A stretch of 17,649 nt of DNA from a virus: positions 1-17,649 of the IMG/VR virus record IMGVR_UViG_3300045988_168222; one strand, written 5' to 3'. Both the position numbers and the translations under genes were made by a program. Position 1 is the stretch's first letter. The number at the start of each line of letters is the position of its first letter. Shown here one piece after another: positions 1-7,171 of the stretch. Below the pieces are notes generated by a model. That model ran no database searches. It saw only the letters and a program-made list of their open reading frames with translations, and was not told the origin of the DNA.

Positions 1-149
1 TAATTCAATATTGGTATAACGTTTTTTTTTTTTCGCCTCACCCCCCCTCCTTAGCACTTCTCTCACTTGAGTGCCAAGCACACCAAATAAAATGTAACCA
101 CTTTCTGAAAACATTTTCAACTTGACTTATTACAACTAATATGTATCAC
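1..149. repeat. Left inverted terminal repeat (perfect part); imperfect homology with the right end continues to about nt 290
   Basis: nt 1-149 are the exact reverse complement of nt 17501-17649. The repeat contains T12 and C7 homopolymer runs at 22-33 and 41-47. Homology at about 90% identity continues through the promoter, RBS and ATGAAT of the first ORF. Confidence 0.9.
106..119. promoter_or_regulatory. Palindromic operator-like site TGAAAA-CA-TTTTCA, immediately 5' of a TTGACT hexamer (122-127)
   Basis: 6-bp inverted arms TGAAAA/TTTTCA with a 2-bp spacer. The same 14-mer recurs at 205-218, 17432-17445 and 17531-17544. Confidence 0.5.
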
Positions 150-151
150 TA

Positions 152-169
152 ATGAAAACAAGCTTTCAT
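152..169. promoter_or_regulatory. Second palindrome ATGAAA-acaagc-TTTCAT (same half-site, 6-bp spacer)
   Basis: Perfect 6-bp inverted arms. It is conserved in the right ITR at 17481-17498. Confidence 0.4.
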
Positions 170-204
170 AGCACAAATAAATAAATATGAATGTAAGTGT
201 TTTC

Positions 205-218
205 TGAAAACATTTTCA
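205..218. promoter_or_regulatory. Operator-like palindrome TGAAAACATTTTCA abutting the -35 of the left early promoter
   Basis: Same 14-mer as 106-119. It lies 3 bp upstream of TTGACT at 221-226. Confidence 0.5.
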
Positions 219-220
219 TG

Positions 221-249
221 TTGACTATGTTCCATACTCTTGCTATAAT
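221..249 (+). promoter_or_regulatory. Left early promoter, consensus sigma-A type: TTGACT-17 bp-TATAAT
   Basis: TTGACT at 221-226, a 17-bp spacer, then TATAAT at 244-249. It lies about 40 nt upstream of the first ORF at 288. Confidence 0.75.
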
Positions 250-287
250 ATAAATGTAAATAATAAATAAAGAAAGTTGGTAACAAC

Positions 288-521
288 ATGAATTATTACA
301 ATATTGAATTATTAGACACTAAAGACCATGTATTTTTTAGTACTGTTTCATTAGCACCCAACATTACAGATGCAATGGAAAAAGCAAAGTTAAAAGCATA
401 CAATCAAATTGATAAACACAAAATTGTTATCCGTTATGTAACGGTTAAAGATAATGAACAAGAATTTACATACAGTATGCTTACAAAAAGATTATACAAG
501 TTGTATAAGGAGAAAAAATAA
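288..521 (+). CDS. Hypothetical early protein (77 aa)
   Basis: First ORF downstream of the left promoter. Its leader and ATGAAT start are shared with the right-end first ORF. Its stop overlaps the next start (TAATG). Confidence 0.5.
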   Translation: MNYYNIELLDTKDHVFFSTVSLAPNITDAMEKAKLKAYNQIDKHKIVIRYVTVKDNEQEFTYSMLTKRLYKLYKEKK

Positions 522-727
522 TGTCAGACAAAGAAATACTTAAAACAATCCAAAACGATATTAAAAATATTGACAAATGTATTGATATGTGTGATAATTA
601 TGAAGCAGTTGACTACCTCATATCTATTCAAAAAAATCTTAGAGAACAAGAAATTAAAATAGTAAAACAAATGGCTATTAAAAAATCCCTAAAGGAAAAC
701 AAAAATGAACAAACAAAAATTAATTAA
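521..727 (+). CDS. Hypothetical early protein (68 aa)
   Basis: Good RBS (AAGGAGAAAAAATAATG). It is translationally coupled to the upstream ORF. Confidence 0.55.
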   Translation: MSDKEILKTIQNDIKNIDKCIDMCDNYEAVDYLISIQKNLREQEIKIVKQMAIKKSLKENKNEQTKIN

Positions 728-1040
728 TGAAATTGAAAAAGTTAAATTTAAAATACCTAATAATGAATACAAACAAGGTTATAATAATGGTCTTAATAGT
801 GCTATTCTTTGTGTATATGATATGAAAGAACCAATAATTAACAACACAAACACTCCACAACACTATCAAGGAACTATTCAACCTATTGACCTAATCAACG
901 CACAAGACTTAAATTTTAATCTTGGTAACGTTGTCAAATATGTTTGCCGTGCTGGAAAAAAACAAGGTGAAAACATTCTTTCAGACCTTGAAAAAGCAAA
1001 AGATTACATCAACTTTGAAATTGAAAGAGTAAAACAATGA
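705..1040 (+). CDS. Conserved small phage early protein resembling the DUF3310 family, with motifs HY..G.IQPIDLI and GNVVKYVCRAGKK...DLEKAKDYI
   Basis: RBS AAAGGAAAA precedes the start. The motif pattern HY..IEPID / KY..R.G.K / DL.KA..Y is recalled as typical of DUF3310 phage proteins. This rests on memory, not a search. Confidence 0.5.
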   Translation: MNKQKLINEIEKVKFKIPNNEYKQGYNNGLNSAILCVYDMKEPIINNTNTPQHYQGTIQPIDLINAQDLNFNLGNVVKYVCRAGKKQGENILSDLEKAKDYINFEIERVKQ

Positions 1041-1564
1041 ACAAACGCCAACGCAAAAAATTAGCTAAAAAGCAAGCTATTAAAACAGGTGCTTACACTC
1101 CTCGTAACACCTTCCGCTCTACTATGTCAATTAAAACAACACTATTTGACCCGAACCACCCAAAAAATGAAAAAATGATATATCTAGCTGAAAGAAATTT
1201 GAATAGGCTCGCATTCGTTATTACTAAGCCTAATATTGTTAACCTAACAAACCTAACTGAAGACGATGTTAAATATATTCAATCCCCAAAATTTACTCAA
1301 ACAATATCTAATATTCAAGAATACTTTAATTATGACCGTGCTAGATATAGAGACCCTGAGCGGGTTGACAACATTACACGTCACGTCATGACTAAATACT
1401 TTTATCAACGTGATATCGAAAGCACAAGGGCGCTTGATATTGCTATCAAACGACTAACAAAACAACTTGAAAAGATAACTAATAAATACTCAAAAGGTAA
1501 AGATAGACGAGCAACTAACAATCCTTTTGTTATTGTTTACTATAACGACTTGGAGCTAAGATAA
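1037..1564 (+). CDS. Basic 175-aa early protein. Function unknown. Candidate DNA-binding or terminal-protein-like factor.
   Basis: Lys/Arg-rich N-terminus (MNKRQRKKLAKKQAIK). The ATGA overlap with the upstream ORF gives coupling. It is the largest early ORF of unassigned function. Confidence 0.5.
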   Translation: MNKRQRKKLAKKQAIKTGAYTPRNTFRSTMSIKTTLFDPNHPKNEKMIYLAERNLNRLAFVITKPNIVNLTNLTEDDVKYIQSPKFTQTISNIQEYFNYDRARYRDPERVDNITRHVMTKYFYQRDIESTRALDIAIKRLTKQLEKITNKYSKGKDRRATNNPFVIVYYNDLELR

Positions 1565-1716
1565 TGAAATACCTAATAACATATCACACAAAACTAGACA
1601 ACGGCTACATTGATGAACGTCAAATCATTTTAAAAAATAAATATAATGCTAAAAACGTTTATAATAAAATAGCAACCGAAAAACGTACATTAAACATCGA
1701 ACTGGAGGAACTATGA
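1564..1716 (+). CDS. Hypothetical small early protein (50 aa; not in the supplied ORF track)
   Basis: Its ATG overlaps the upstream TAA (TAATG). A GGAG sits 9 nt upstream. Its stop overlaps the next ATG (ATGA at 1713). It fills an otherwise non-coding gap in a tightly packed coupled operon. Confidence 0.4.
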   Translation: MKYLITYHTKLDNGYIDERQIILKNKYNAKNVYNKIATEKRTLNIELEEL

Positions 1717-1898
1717 TTACATTTTATAAACTTACAAGCGTGCTTACTGGTGAAGATTACTATTTTAAACCTGAAACCATTGACTATTATAAGTATACAG
1801 ATACAAGCGTAATGATTATTGCTAAAAATATGCGACTTGAAGTATCAAAATCAGACTTTACAAACATGCTTATTCTAGAAGGGATTGACGAATATTGA
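1713..1898 (+). CDS. Hypothetical early protein (61 aa)
   Basis: RBS GGAGGAA lies 5 nt upstream, with ATGA coupling. Confidence 0.5.
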   Translation: MITFYKLTSVLTGEDYYFKPETIDYYKYTDTSVMIIAKNMRLEVSKSDFTNMLILEGIDEY

Positions 1899-2173
1899 CA
1901 ACAACTAACACAACTTACCGTGTATCAATCAATTACAAAGATAAAATTATCTTACTATCAAAACCTTTAGAAACTTGTGACTATTTTAAAGATAAAACGT
2001 CATTCATTGACGGTACTTATACTATTTTTAATAGACTCGTTGAAATTCACAAAGACCCTACCCAATACCGTGAAAGCCACTACATAAAAAGCTATAAAAT
2101 GGCTAAAATACTATATAACAATTTTAAAAAAACTAAAAAAGATTATTTTTTTTACAACACAATTGAAAATTAG
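1895..2173 (+). CDS. Hypothetical early protein (92 aa), probable TTG start
   Basis: The ORF begins with TTG overlapping the upstream TGA (TTGA). GAAGGGA lies about 10 nt upstream. There is no in-frame ATG nearby. Confidence 0.4.
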   Translation: MTTTNTTYRVSINYKDKIILLSKPLETCDYFKDKTSFIDGTYTIFNRLVEIHKDPTQYRESHYIKSYKMAKILYNNFKKTKKDYFFYNTIEN

Positions 2174-2174
2174 C

Positions 2175-2203
2175 TTGACTTTTAACAAAAACTATTATAT
2201 AAT
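2175..2203 (+). promoter_or_regulatory. Consensus promoter TTGACT-17-TATAAT driving the SSB-like gene
   Basis: TTGACT at 2175-2180, a 17-bp spacer, TATAAT at 2198-2203. The RBS GAAAGGAG follows, and the ATG is at 2233. Confidence 0.7.
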
Positions 2204-2232
2204 TAATTCATAAAACGAAAGGAGCCAAACAC

Positions 2233-2547
2233 ATGGCATTACAATTTAACACAATCGGTTTTATCAACTTTAACAAAGAGTATAATAAAGTACTCAAATC
2301 AGGTGCGATCACAGTATCATTTACATCATCACAAAAAAATAAAGATGGTGAATATGATAAACAATACTTCAATGGTCTAATCCCTGCTAAGCTAGCACAA
2401 CACGTGAAACCATTCTTAAACAAAGAGCTTGTTAAAATTTCTGGCATTGCTTATCCTGCTCAAAAAGGATACATCAACTTTACAATTTTGGAAGTGGAGC
2501 AATATAAAAAAGAAACAAAAACAGATGAAATTAATTTACCATTTTAA
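2233..2547 (+). CDS. Putative single-stranded DNA-binding protein (OB-fold-like, 104 aa)
   Basis: It has its own consensus promoter and a strong terminator, which suggests high expression. It sits immediately upstream of the packaging ATPase and polymerase, as the SSB does in 44AHJD/P68-type genomes. The sequence has SSB-like beta-strand patterning. The assignment is by position and pattern only. Confidence 0.4.
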   Translation: MALQFNTIGFINFNKEYNKVLKSGAITVSFTSSQKNKDGEYDKQYFNGLIPAKLAQHVKPFLNKELVKISGIAYPAQKGYINFTILEVEQYKKETKTDEINLPF

Positions 2548-2559
2548 TAATTAAATGTT

Positions 2560-2585
2560 GGTAGGGAGCACACCCTACCTTTTTA
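2560..2585 (+). terminator. Rho-independent terminator: GGTAGGG-agcaca-CCCTACC followed by TTTTT
   Basis: A perfect 7-bp GC-rich stem followed by a T-run, directly after the SSB-like gene. Readthrough is probably needed for the downstream ATPase and polymerase, because no promoter is seen in 2586-2603. Confidence 0.7.
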
Positions 2586-2603
2586 AATTAGAAAGGAAAC
2601 ACA

Positions 2604-3851
2604 ATGGCAAAAAAGAAAACTTTACCAAAAATACTTAAACAAAAGGCAGTCTCTCTTTTTGCAACTGAAAAAGAAGAATATGCTTACTATTTAAAAGAAT
2701 ATAAAGAAAAATACTTACCCGAAGAATTTAACCAACTTGAATTATTAGACGAGCTTTGTAACGATGACCTTGACCATTACATGAGTATCACGTCTCGTGG
2801 TGACGGTAAATCATTTAACTATATTTCTGCTGTTGGTTATCTTTGCTATCAACTTAATATGGGGTGTACTCTCTTAGTACGTCATTTTACTTTACAAGAT
2901 AAAATGCGTGAACTTGTGGAGGATATTCTACAAACCATTGGCTGGTGCAATTTCTCTACTGACTATCATTATAGGTCTACCTCGGATTATTTAATTATTT
3001 CAATCGGTGACAAAGATGTCTTTTTAATTACTGATATCAATAACGCAAGTGACTTAAAACAGTCTTCAGCAGTACTTAAAAACTTTCCAATTATGTTATA
3101 TGATGAATTTCTAACTCTTCCAGACGATTACTGTAAAAACGAATATGAAAAGATTAGAACTATCTATAAATCAATCGACCGTATTAAGAACCGCCCTTAT
3201 ATCAAAACCCCTAAAATGATATATCTTGCTAACCCAGTAAACTTTGATAGCCCGCTACTTCCATCACTTAAAATCTATAATAAATTACAAACACAAGAAA
3301 TTAATACAATCAAGCAATATGATAACGTCTTATTAGAGTTAAGGCGTAACGACTCACGTAACGATGGAAAAAACTTGCGTGCCTTTCCTGATAATGATGA
3401 TGCGGACGTTACTGGTGAATTTCAATTTTCTAATCATAAGTTAGTGAATGAAGACGTGTATTATAACATTTACAATCACGCAAAATCGGTAAAAGTTAAA
3501 TTAGACAATAAATTAATGTTGCATATCGTTGCAAAAAATGATAATATAGTATTATCAGTTGAGCGAAGTGACAACGATGAACAGTATTGTATCAATTTAC
3601 ATGATGAAACTGAAAAAAGTCAATATTTAAATGACAAATACTATAAACAAAGTTTTATTAAAAAACATGAAAAAGGTATGTTTCTTTACAAGGATAGCTT
3701 TTCTAAAACATACATGGAACGGGATACAATGCTTATGCAATTAAATTTGTTTAAGCTTATACCATCAGCAAAACAAGTCACAACTGAAGAAACATACATT
3801 AAAATTAAGGAAAATAATTTCCTTAAAGCTCTAGCAAAAAAATATGAATAA
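2604..3851 (+). CDS. DNA encapsidation (packaging) ATPase, phi29 gp16-like
   Basis: Walker A ITSRGDGKSF (compare phi29 gp16 GARGIGKS) and Walker B IMLYDEF (compare IVFDEF). RBS GAAAGGAAA precedes the start. It is adjacent to the polymerase, as in C1/44AHJD-type phages. Confidence 0.8.
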   Translation: MAKKKTLPKILKQKAVSLFATEKEEYAYYLKEYKEKYLPEEFNQLELLDELCNDDLDHYMSITSRGDGKSFNYISAVGYLCYQLNMGCTLLVRHFTLQDKMRELVEDILQTIGWCNFSTDYHYRSTSDYLIISIGDKDVFLITDINNASDLKQSSAVLKNFPIMLYDEFLTLPDDYCKNEYEKIRTIYKSIDRIKNRPYIKTPKMIYLANPVNFDSPLLPSLKIYNKLQTQEINTIKQYDNVLLELRRNDSRNDGKNLRAFPDNDDADVTGEFQFSNHKLVNEDVYYNIYNHAKSVKVKLDNKLMLHIVAKNDNIVLSVERSDNDEQYCINLHDETEKSQYLNDKYYKQSFIKKHEKGMFLYKDSFSKTYMERDTMLMQLNLFKLIPSAKQVTTEETYIKIKENNFLKALAKKYE

Positions 3852-3869
3852 TAAAGGGGTCTTAATATC

Positions 3870-6188
3870 ATGCACAATCAAAACGAATTACTTGACTTTT
3901 TAAAAAAGTTTAAAGGTAAAAAAGTCTCGTTATACGCTGATATTGAGACTTTTACTTGCAACAAAATAGAGGGTATGGAACACCCAACAAAATATCACTC
4001 TTTTACGTATTCACTAGCTATTGCTTATTTTAATGATAATGACTTTCCAAAAGTAGCTGTTTTTAATAATTTTTATGATTTCTTTGAAAAAGTTAAAGAA
4101 AGAAAAATCAGAAAATCATTATCTTTTGATTTTGTGTTTCACAATGGTGAAAAATTTGACAACCATTTTTTTATTGAAGAGATGCAAAGTTATTATAATT
4201 TACCAGTCTACACTGAACACAATAAAAGCGCAAACAACACAGCAAATAAAAATGCTAGAAAAATGTCAACTATTGACACCGAAGAGAAAAAACATGGTCT
4301 AGTGTTAGAAAGCAGAGTGAAGTCATCAAATAACGTTAGTGTCAAAGCTTACGTTCATGGTAGACGTGTTGAATTTATTGACTCATTTAAGAAAATGAAT
4401 ACAAGTATAGCTGTTTTAGGTAAAATGCTACTTAATAACAATTTGATAAATGAAGAGTATTTAAAGACTGATTTCGATTATACTTGCTTTGATAAAGATG
4501 AAGATATTGATAGGGAAACAGTTAAAACACATATCAAACGTTGTTTTGAAAGTTTGAATGAAAAACAACTTATCTACATTCGTAATGACGTCATTATTTT
4601 GGCTTTAGGGGTAAAACACTATAAAACGTTATTTTATGGTTTTGACTTTTCAAAAATGACCTTTACTCAAAATATCAAAGAAGAATATTCGAATTATAAT
4701 AAACTTGCTGAATTTCAGTTATTAAAAACAGATGGTCGCTTTTCTCACTTAAAATTAAATGATTACCAAATTTGTGGCATGTCAGGTTTTGACTATTTCC
4801 GTTCATTCTACAAAGGCGGGTTAAATCTTTATAATGATAATTACATAGGTAAAATAATAAATAAAAACGGGTTTTCAATTGACTTAAATAGCTCTTACCC
4901 TACTGTCATGTATAAGGAGAAATTACCCACTTATTTAATAGCCCTAAACGAAAAAAGATCAATTGCAAATTATGATTATAATAACAATGATATCATGTCA
5001 TTTTTCACAATGACAATAGAAAATGCTAATAAGTATATACTTTCTAAAATAGAAAGTAAAGTTTTAAGGAACGCTATTGTAAAATACTATAATTCAAAAG
5101 ATGGGCTTGTATACTATAATACCGTACTATTAAGACTACTATCTAAAATCACTAAACATGATTTCAATTCTATCCCAGTTGAAAGCTCAGCAACTTTTAA
5201 GTGTGAATATTTTGGAGCGCGTGACGTGATAGCTCGTAACTACTTTATTAAAACGCAAGGGAAAATGAAAAATAAGCTAAATTGTGAGATTGATAACATT
5301 GACCCCCTTAACATTGAAATGACTGACGAGCCTAAACCATCTAAGTATAATTTCTCAGACGAAATGGTTCAAGGATCTAAAGTGCTTTTAAATGGTATTT
5401 ATGGGGTTCCTGCTTTACGTATTCATTTTGATATTTTCAAACGTATTGGCGATGACTTTGAAAATGTAAAAAATGGTTTTACTAACAAAGAAAGAAATAT
5501 CGTTTTCTCTGCTGGTGTAACTGCTTTTGCTTTTCATAACCTATTATCACCTCTTCAATACCTAACACCCCAAGAAATTGATAACTATTTTTGGTATGCT
5601 GATACCGATAGCTTATACATGGATAAACGTGCTCTTGATAAATTTCCAAAATACATGTTCCATAAAATGAACCTAGGGGGGTGGGATATTGAACATGAAA
5701 ATATTACAAAATTTTATGCGTTTAATCATAAAAAATATTGTTTATTTGATAACGGTATTGTTGTGCGTTGCGGTGGTGTTTCAAAATCTCTTATTAAAGA
5801 ATGGATAAAACATTCACATGATGACTTTGATTTTTTTGTAAAATGTTATTTTTCAGATGGTACCATCGTACCTGCGACACGTTCCATTAGAAACGAATAT
5901 AACACGATTTCAATTTATAACACTTGTGCCAAACTTGAAAAGGGATACCCCTACTTTGATAGATATATATTGCAAAATGAAAAAGAACTTGATAAAATAA
6001 AATCAAGAATAAGGGAAGAAATTGCTAACCAGTCATCAAATGAACTTTTATACGTTGAAACACCGTATGGCGCTATTGGAACAAACGACGTTATTCCAAA
6101 TCAGGAAATTCCAGAAAATAATAACATTCGTGAACTAATCGAAGAATATAACAAATTTAAAAGACATAACCAAAAGGACTTATTCTAA
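3870..6188 (+). CDS. Protein-primed family B DNA polymerase (772 aa)
   Basis: Exo I YADIETFT, Exo II FHNGEKFDNHFF, Exo III YIRNDVIIL, motif A DLNSSYP, motif B KVLLNGIYG, motif C YADTDSLY and the KKY motif. Long TPR-like insertions are present. RBS AAAGGGG precedes the start. Confidence 0.95.
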   Translation: MHNQNELLDFLKKFKGKKVSLYADIETFTCNKIEGMEHPTKYHSFTYSLAIAYFNDNDFPKVAVFNNFYDFFEKVKERKIRKSLSFDFVFHNGEKFDNHFFIEEMQSYYNLPVYTEHNKSANNTANKNARKMSTIDTEEKKHGLVLESRVKSSNNVSVKAYVHGRRVEFIDSFKKMNTSIAVLGKMLLNNNLINEEYLKTDFDYTCFDKDEDIDRETVKTHIKRCFESLNEKQLIYIRNDVIILALGVKHYKTLFYGFDFSKMTFTQNIKEEYSNYNKLAEFQLLKTDGRFSHLKLNDYQICGMSGFDYFRSFYKGGLNLYNDNYIGKIINKNGFSIDLNSSYPTVMYKEKLPTYLIALNEKRSIANYDYNNNDIMSFFTMTIENANKYILSKIESKVLRNAIVKYYNSKDGLVYYNTVLLRLLSKITKHDFNSIPVESSATFKCEYFGARDVIARNYFIKTQGKMKNKLNCEIDNIDPLNIEMTDEPKPSKYNFSDEMVQGSKVLLNGIYGVPALRIHFDIFKRIGDDFENVKNGFTNKERNIVFSAGVTAFAFHNLLSPLQYLTPQEIDNYFWYADTDSLYMDKRALDKFPKYMFHKMNLGGWDIEHENITKFYAFNHKKYCLFDNGIVVRCGGVSKSLIKEWIKHSHDDFDFFVKCYFSDGTIVPATRSIRNEYNTISIYNTCAKLEKGYPYFDRYILQNEKELDKIKSRIREEIANQSSNELLYVETPYGAIGTNDVIPNQEIPENNNIRELIEEYNKFKRHNQKDLF

Positions 6189-6206
6189 GAACAAGTCCTT
6201 TTTCTC
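6174..6206. terminator. Bidirectional hairpin terminator shared by the convergent polymerase and HNH genes
   Basis: Stem AAGGACT (6174-6180) pairs with AGTCCTT (6194-6200). TTTTCTCG follows on the plus strand and an A-rich stretch precedes it, giving a T-tract on the minus strand. The stems lie inside the last codons of both ORFs. Confidence 0.6.
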
Positions 6207-6536
6207 GTATAATAAATTTGTTGTAAAGTCACACCATTCCAAATTATACCAGGCGTTATTAGTCTTGTCATGGTCTAAGTGGTGAACCGTATTATAATTG
6301 TTAGGGTTAGGTATATACGTTTCTGCCACTAATCTATAGACGTAAACTGTTTTAACATATCCGTTATTACATAGATTAACCCTTTCACGGCCACCCTTAT
6401 CTTTTCTAGCTTTTAAAATTTTACCAGTTTTCTTATTTTTAACAAGTCCACCGTTTTGGATAAGATAATTAGTAAAGTATGGGTGTTCTTTCCATTCAAT
6501 AAATACAGCTTTCAAAACGCTTGACATCTTTCTCAC
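6180..6536 (-). CDS. HNH homing-type endonuclease (NUMOD4 + HNH)
   Basis: NUMOD4-like IEWKEHPYFTNYLIQNGGLVKNKKTGKILK and the HNH motif VHHLDHDKTNNAWYNLEWCDFTTN. No SD sequence precedes either candidate ATG. The ORF overlaps the PlyCB-like ORF by 41 nt and the polymerase 3' end by 9 nt. Confidence 0.85.
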   Translation of the reverse strand: MRKMSSVLKAVFIEWKEHPYFTNYLIQNGGLVKNKKTGKILKARKDKGGRERVNLCNNGYVKTVYVYRLVAETYIPNPNNYNTVHHLDHDKTNNAWYNLEWCDFTTNLLYEKKDLFLE

Positions 6537-6708
6537 TGATATTTAATTCAGGTAACCCAAACTTGTCTTTCAAAGCTAAAACCGTTTTAATGTCTGCAAT
6601 GTCTAGACGTTTACCATTTAAACACGCACGATATCCGTAATTAGTATCAAAATAAAGGCAATCGTAAGGATAGCTCTTATCTTCCATATTAAAATTAATA
6701 TCACTCAT
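6496..6708 (-). CDS. plyCB: PlyCB-like cell-wall-binding lysin subunit (70 aa)
   Basis: It aligns with recalled C1 PlyCB (72 aa): MS.IN.N.E, conserved YGYRA (the Tyr-Arg binding-groove residues) and NISe.DV. RBS AAGGAGAAG precedes the start. The start overlaps the holin stop (ATGAGTGA). Confidence 0.7.
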   Translation of the reverse strand: MSDINFNMEDKSYPYDCLYFDTNYGYRACLNGKRLDIADIKTVLALKDKFGLPELNISEKDVKRFESCIY

Positions 6709-7093
6709 CTTGTTTCTTCTCCTTAATCATTTTTAAAATTTCAGGGTCTACAGTCTTAACTGTTTCTTCCTTAACTGTTTCTTTTGTTTCAACCTGGTCA
6801 TTATCTAGCATGTTCTTAATCTTGTCAGGTACTGGTATGAATGCGCTAGCATTTTCAAGAATTGAAACAATTTCCATGATTAAATAGTAACCAACAATGT
6901 AAGAAGTCAAATCGGTTCCAAGATAAGCGCTTAAAATAATGGAAACAACAACAACACACCAGATTGAAACTTTTGCCAATGCGCCATGTTTCATTTTTTT
7001 ACTTGACACGTTCTTTTGGTCGTAAGCTTTAATAAAACCCGTAACGATATCCAAAATGTTACACGCCACTAGATACTGCATAAATGTAGTCAT
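6701..7093 (-). CDS. Holin, LL-H / phage_holin_4_1 family (130 aa, two transmembrane segments)
   Basis: N-terminal family signature NILDIVTGFIKA...VSSKKM.HG. Hydrophobic segments ALAKVSIWCVVVVSIILSAYLG and YIVGYYLIMEIVSIL. Charged C-terminal tail. RBS AGAAAGGAGG precedes the start. Confidence 0.8.
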   Translation of the reverse strand: MTTFMQYLVACNILDIVTGFIKAYDQKNVSSKKMKHGALAKVSIWCVVVVSIILSAYLGTDLTSYIVGYYLIMEIVSILENASAFIPVPDKIKNMLDNDQVETKETVKEETVKTVDPEILKMIKEKKQDE

Positions 7094-7107
7094 AAGTATA
7101 GTCCTCC

Positions 7108-7135
7108 TTTCTCATAATATTATACCATAAAAAAC
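7108..7135 (-). promoter_or_regulatory. Extended -10 promoter (TGGTATAAT) for the holin-plyCB-HNH cassette
   Basis: Minus-strand TGgTATAAT with the -10 at 7119-7124, about 20 nt upstream of the holin RBS. There is no good -35; the upstream region is T-rich. Confidence 0.5.
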
Positions 7136-7140
7136 TAAAA

Positions 7141-7166
7141 TATAAAAGACGTGTATAACACGTCTA
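7141..7166 (-). terminator. Rho-independent terminator after the PlyCA-like gene
   Basis: Minus-strand hairpin AGACGTGT-tat-ACACGTCT (plus 7147-7165), followed by CTTTTATATTTTAG on the minus strand. Confidence 0.6.
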
Positions 7167-7171
7167 TATTT

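Noticed and set aside
122-150. First TTGACT hexamer (122-127) as a second rightward promoter
   Set aside because: No acceptable -10 hexamer lies 16-18 bp downstream; the candidates are ATCACT and TATCAC. It is treated as part of an operator or -35-only element, not a confident promoter.
100-250. Repeated 14-mers in the ITR as a CRISPR-like array
   Set aside because: There are only two spaced copies per end, with different spacers and flanking promoter hexamers. The geometry fits operator sites, not repeat-spacer units.
2208-4878. ORFs 2208-2447(-), 3686-3877(-), 4075-4302(+) and 4675-4878(-) within the early region
   Set aside because: They are embedded in or antisense to the SSB-like, ATPase and polymerase genes. 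They have no RBS and no independent support.
3870-6188. Possible intein or intron in the unusually long (772 aa) DNA polymerase
   Set aside because: The extra length is spread over TPR-like insertions typical of protein-primed polymerases of the C1 and 44AHJD group. No intein splice-junction motifs were seen and the frame is uninterrupted.
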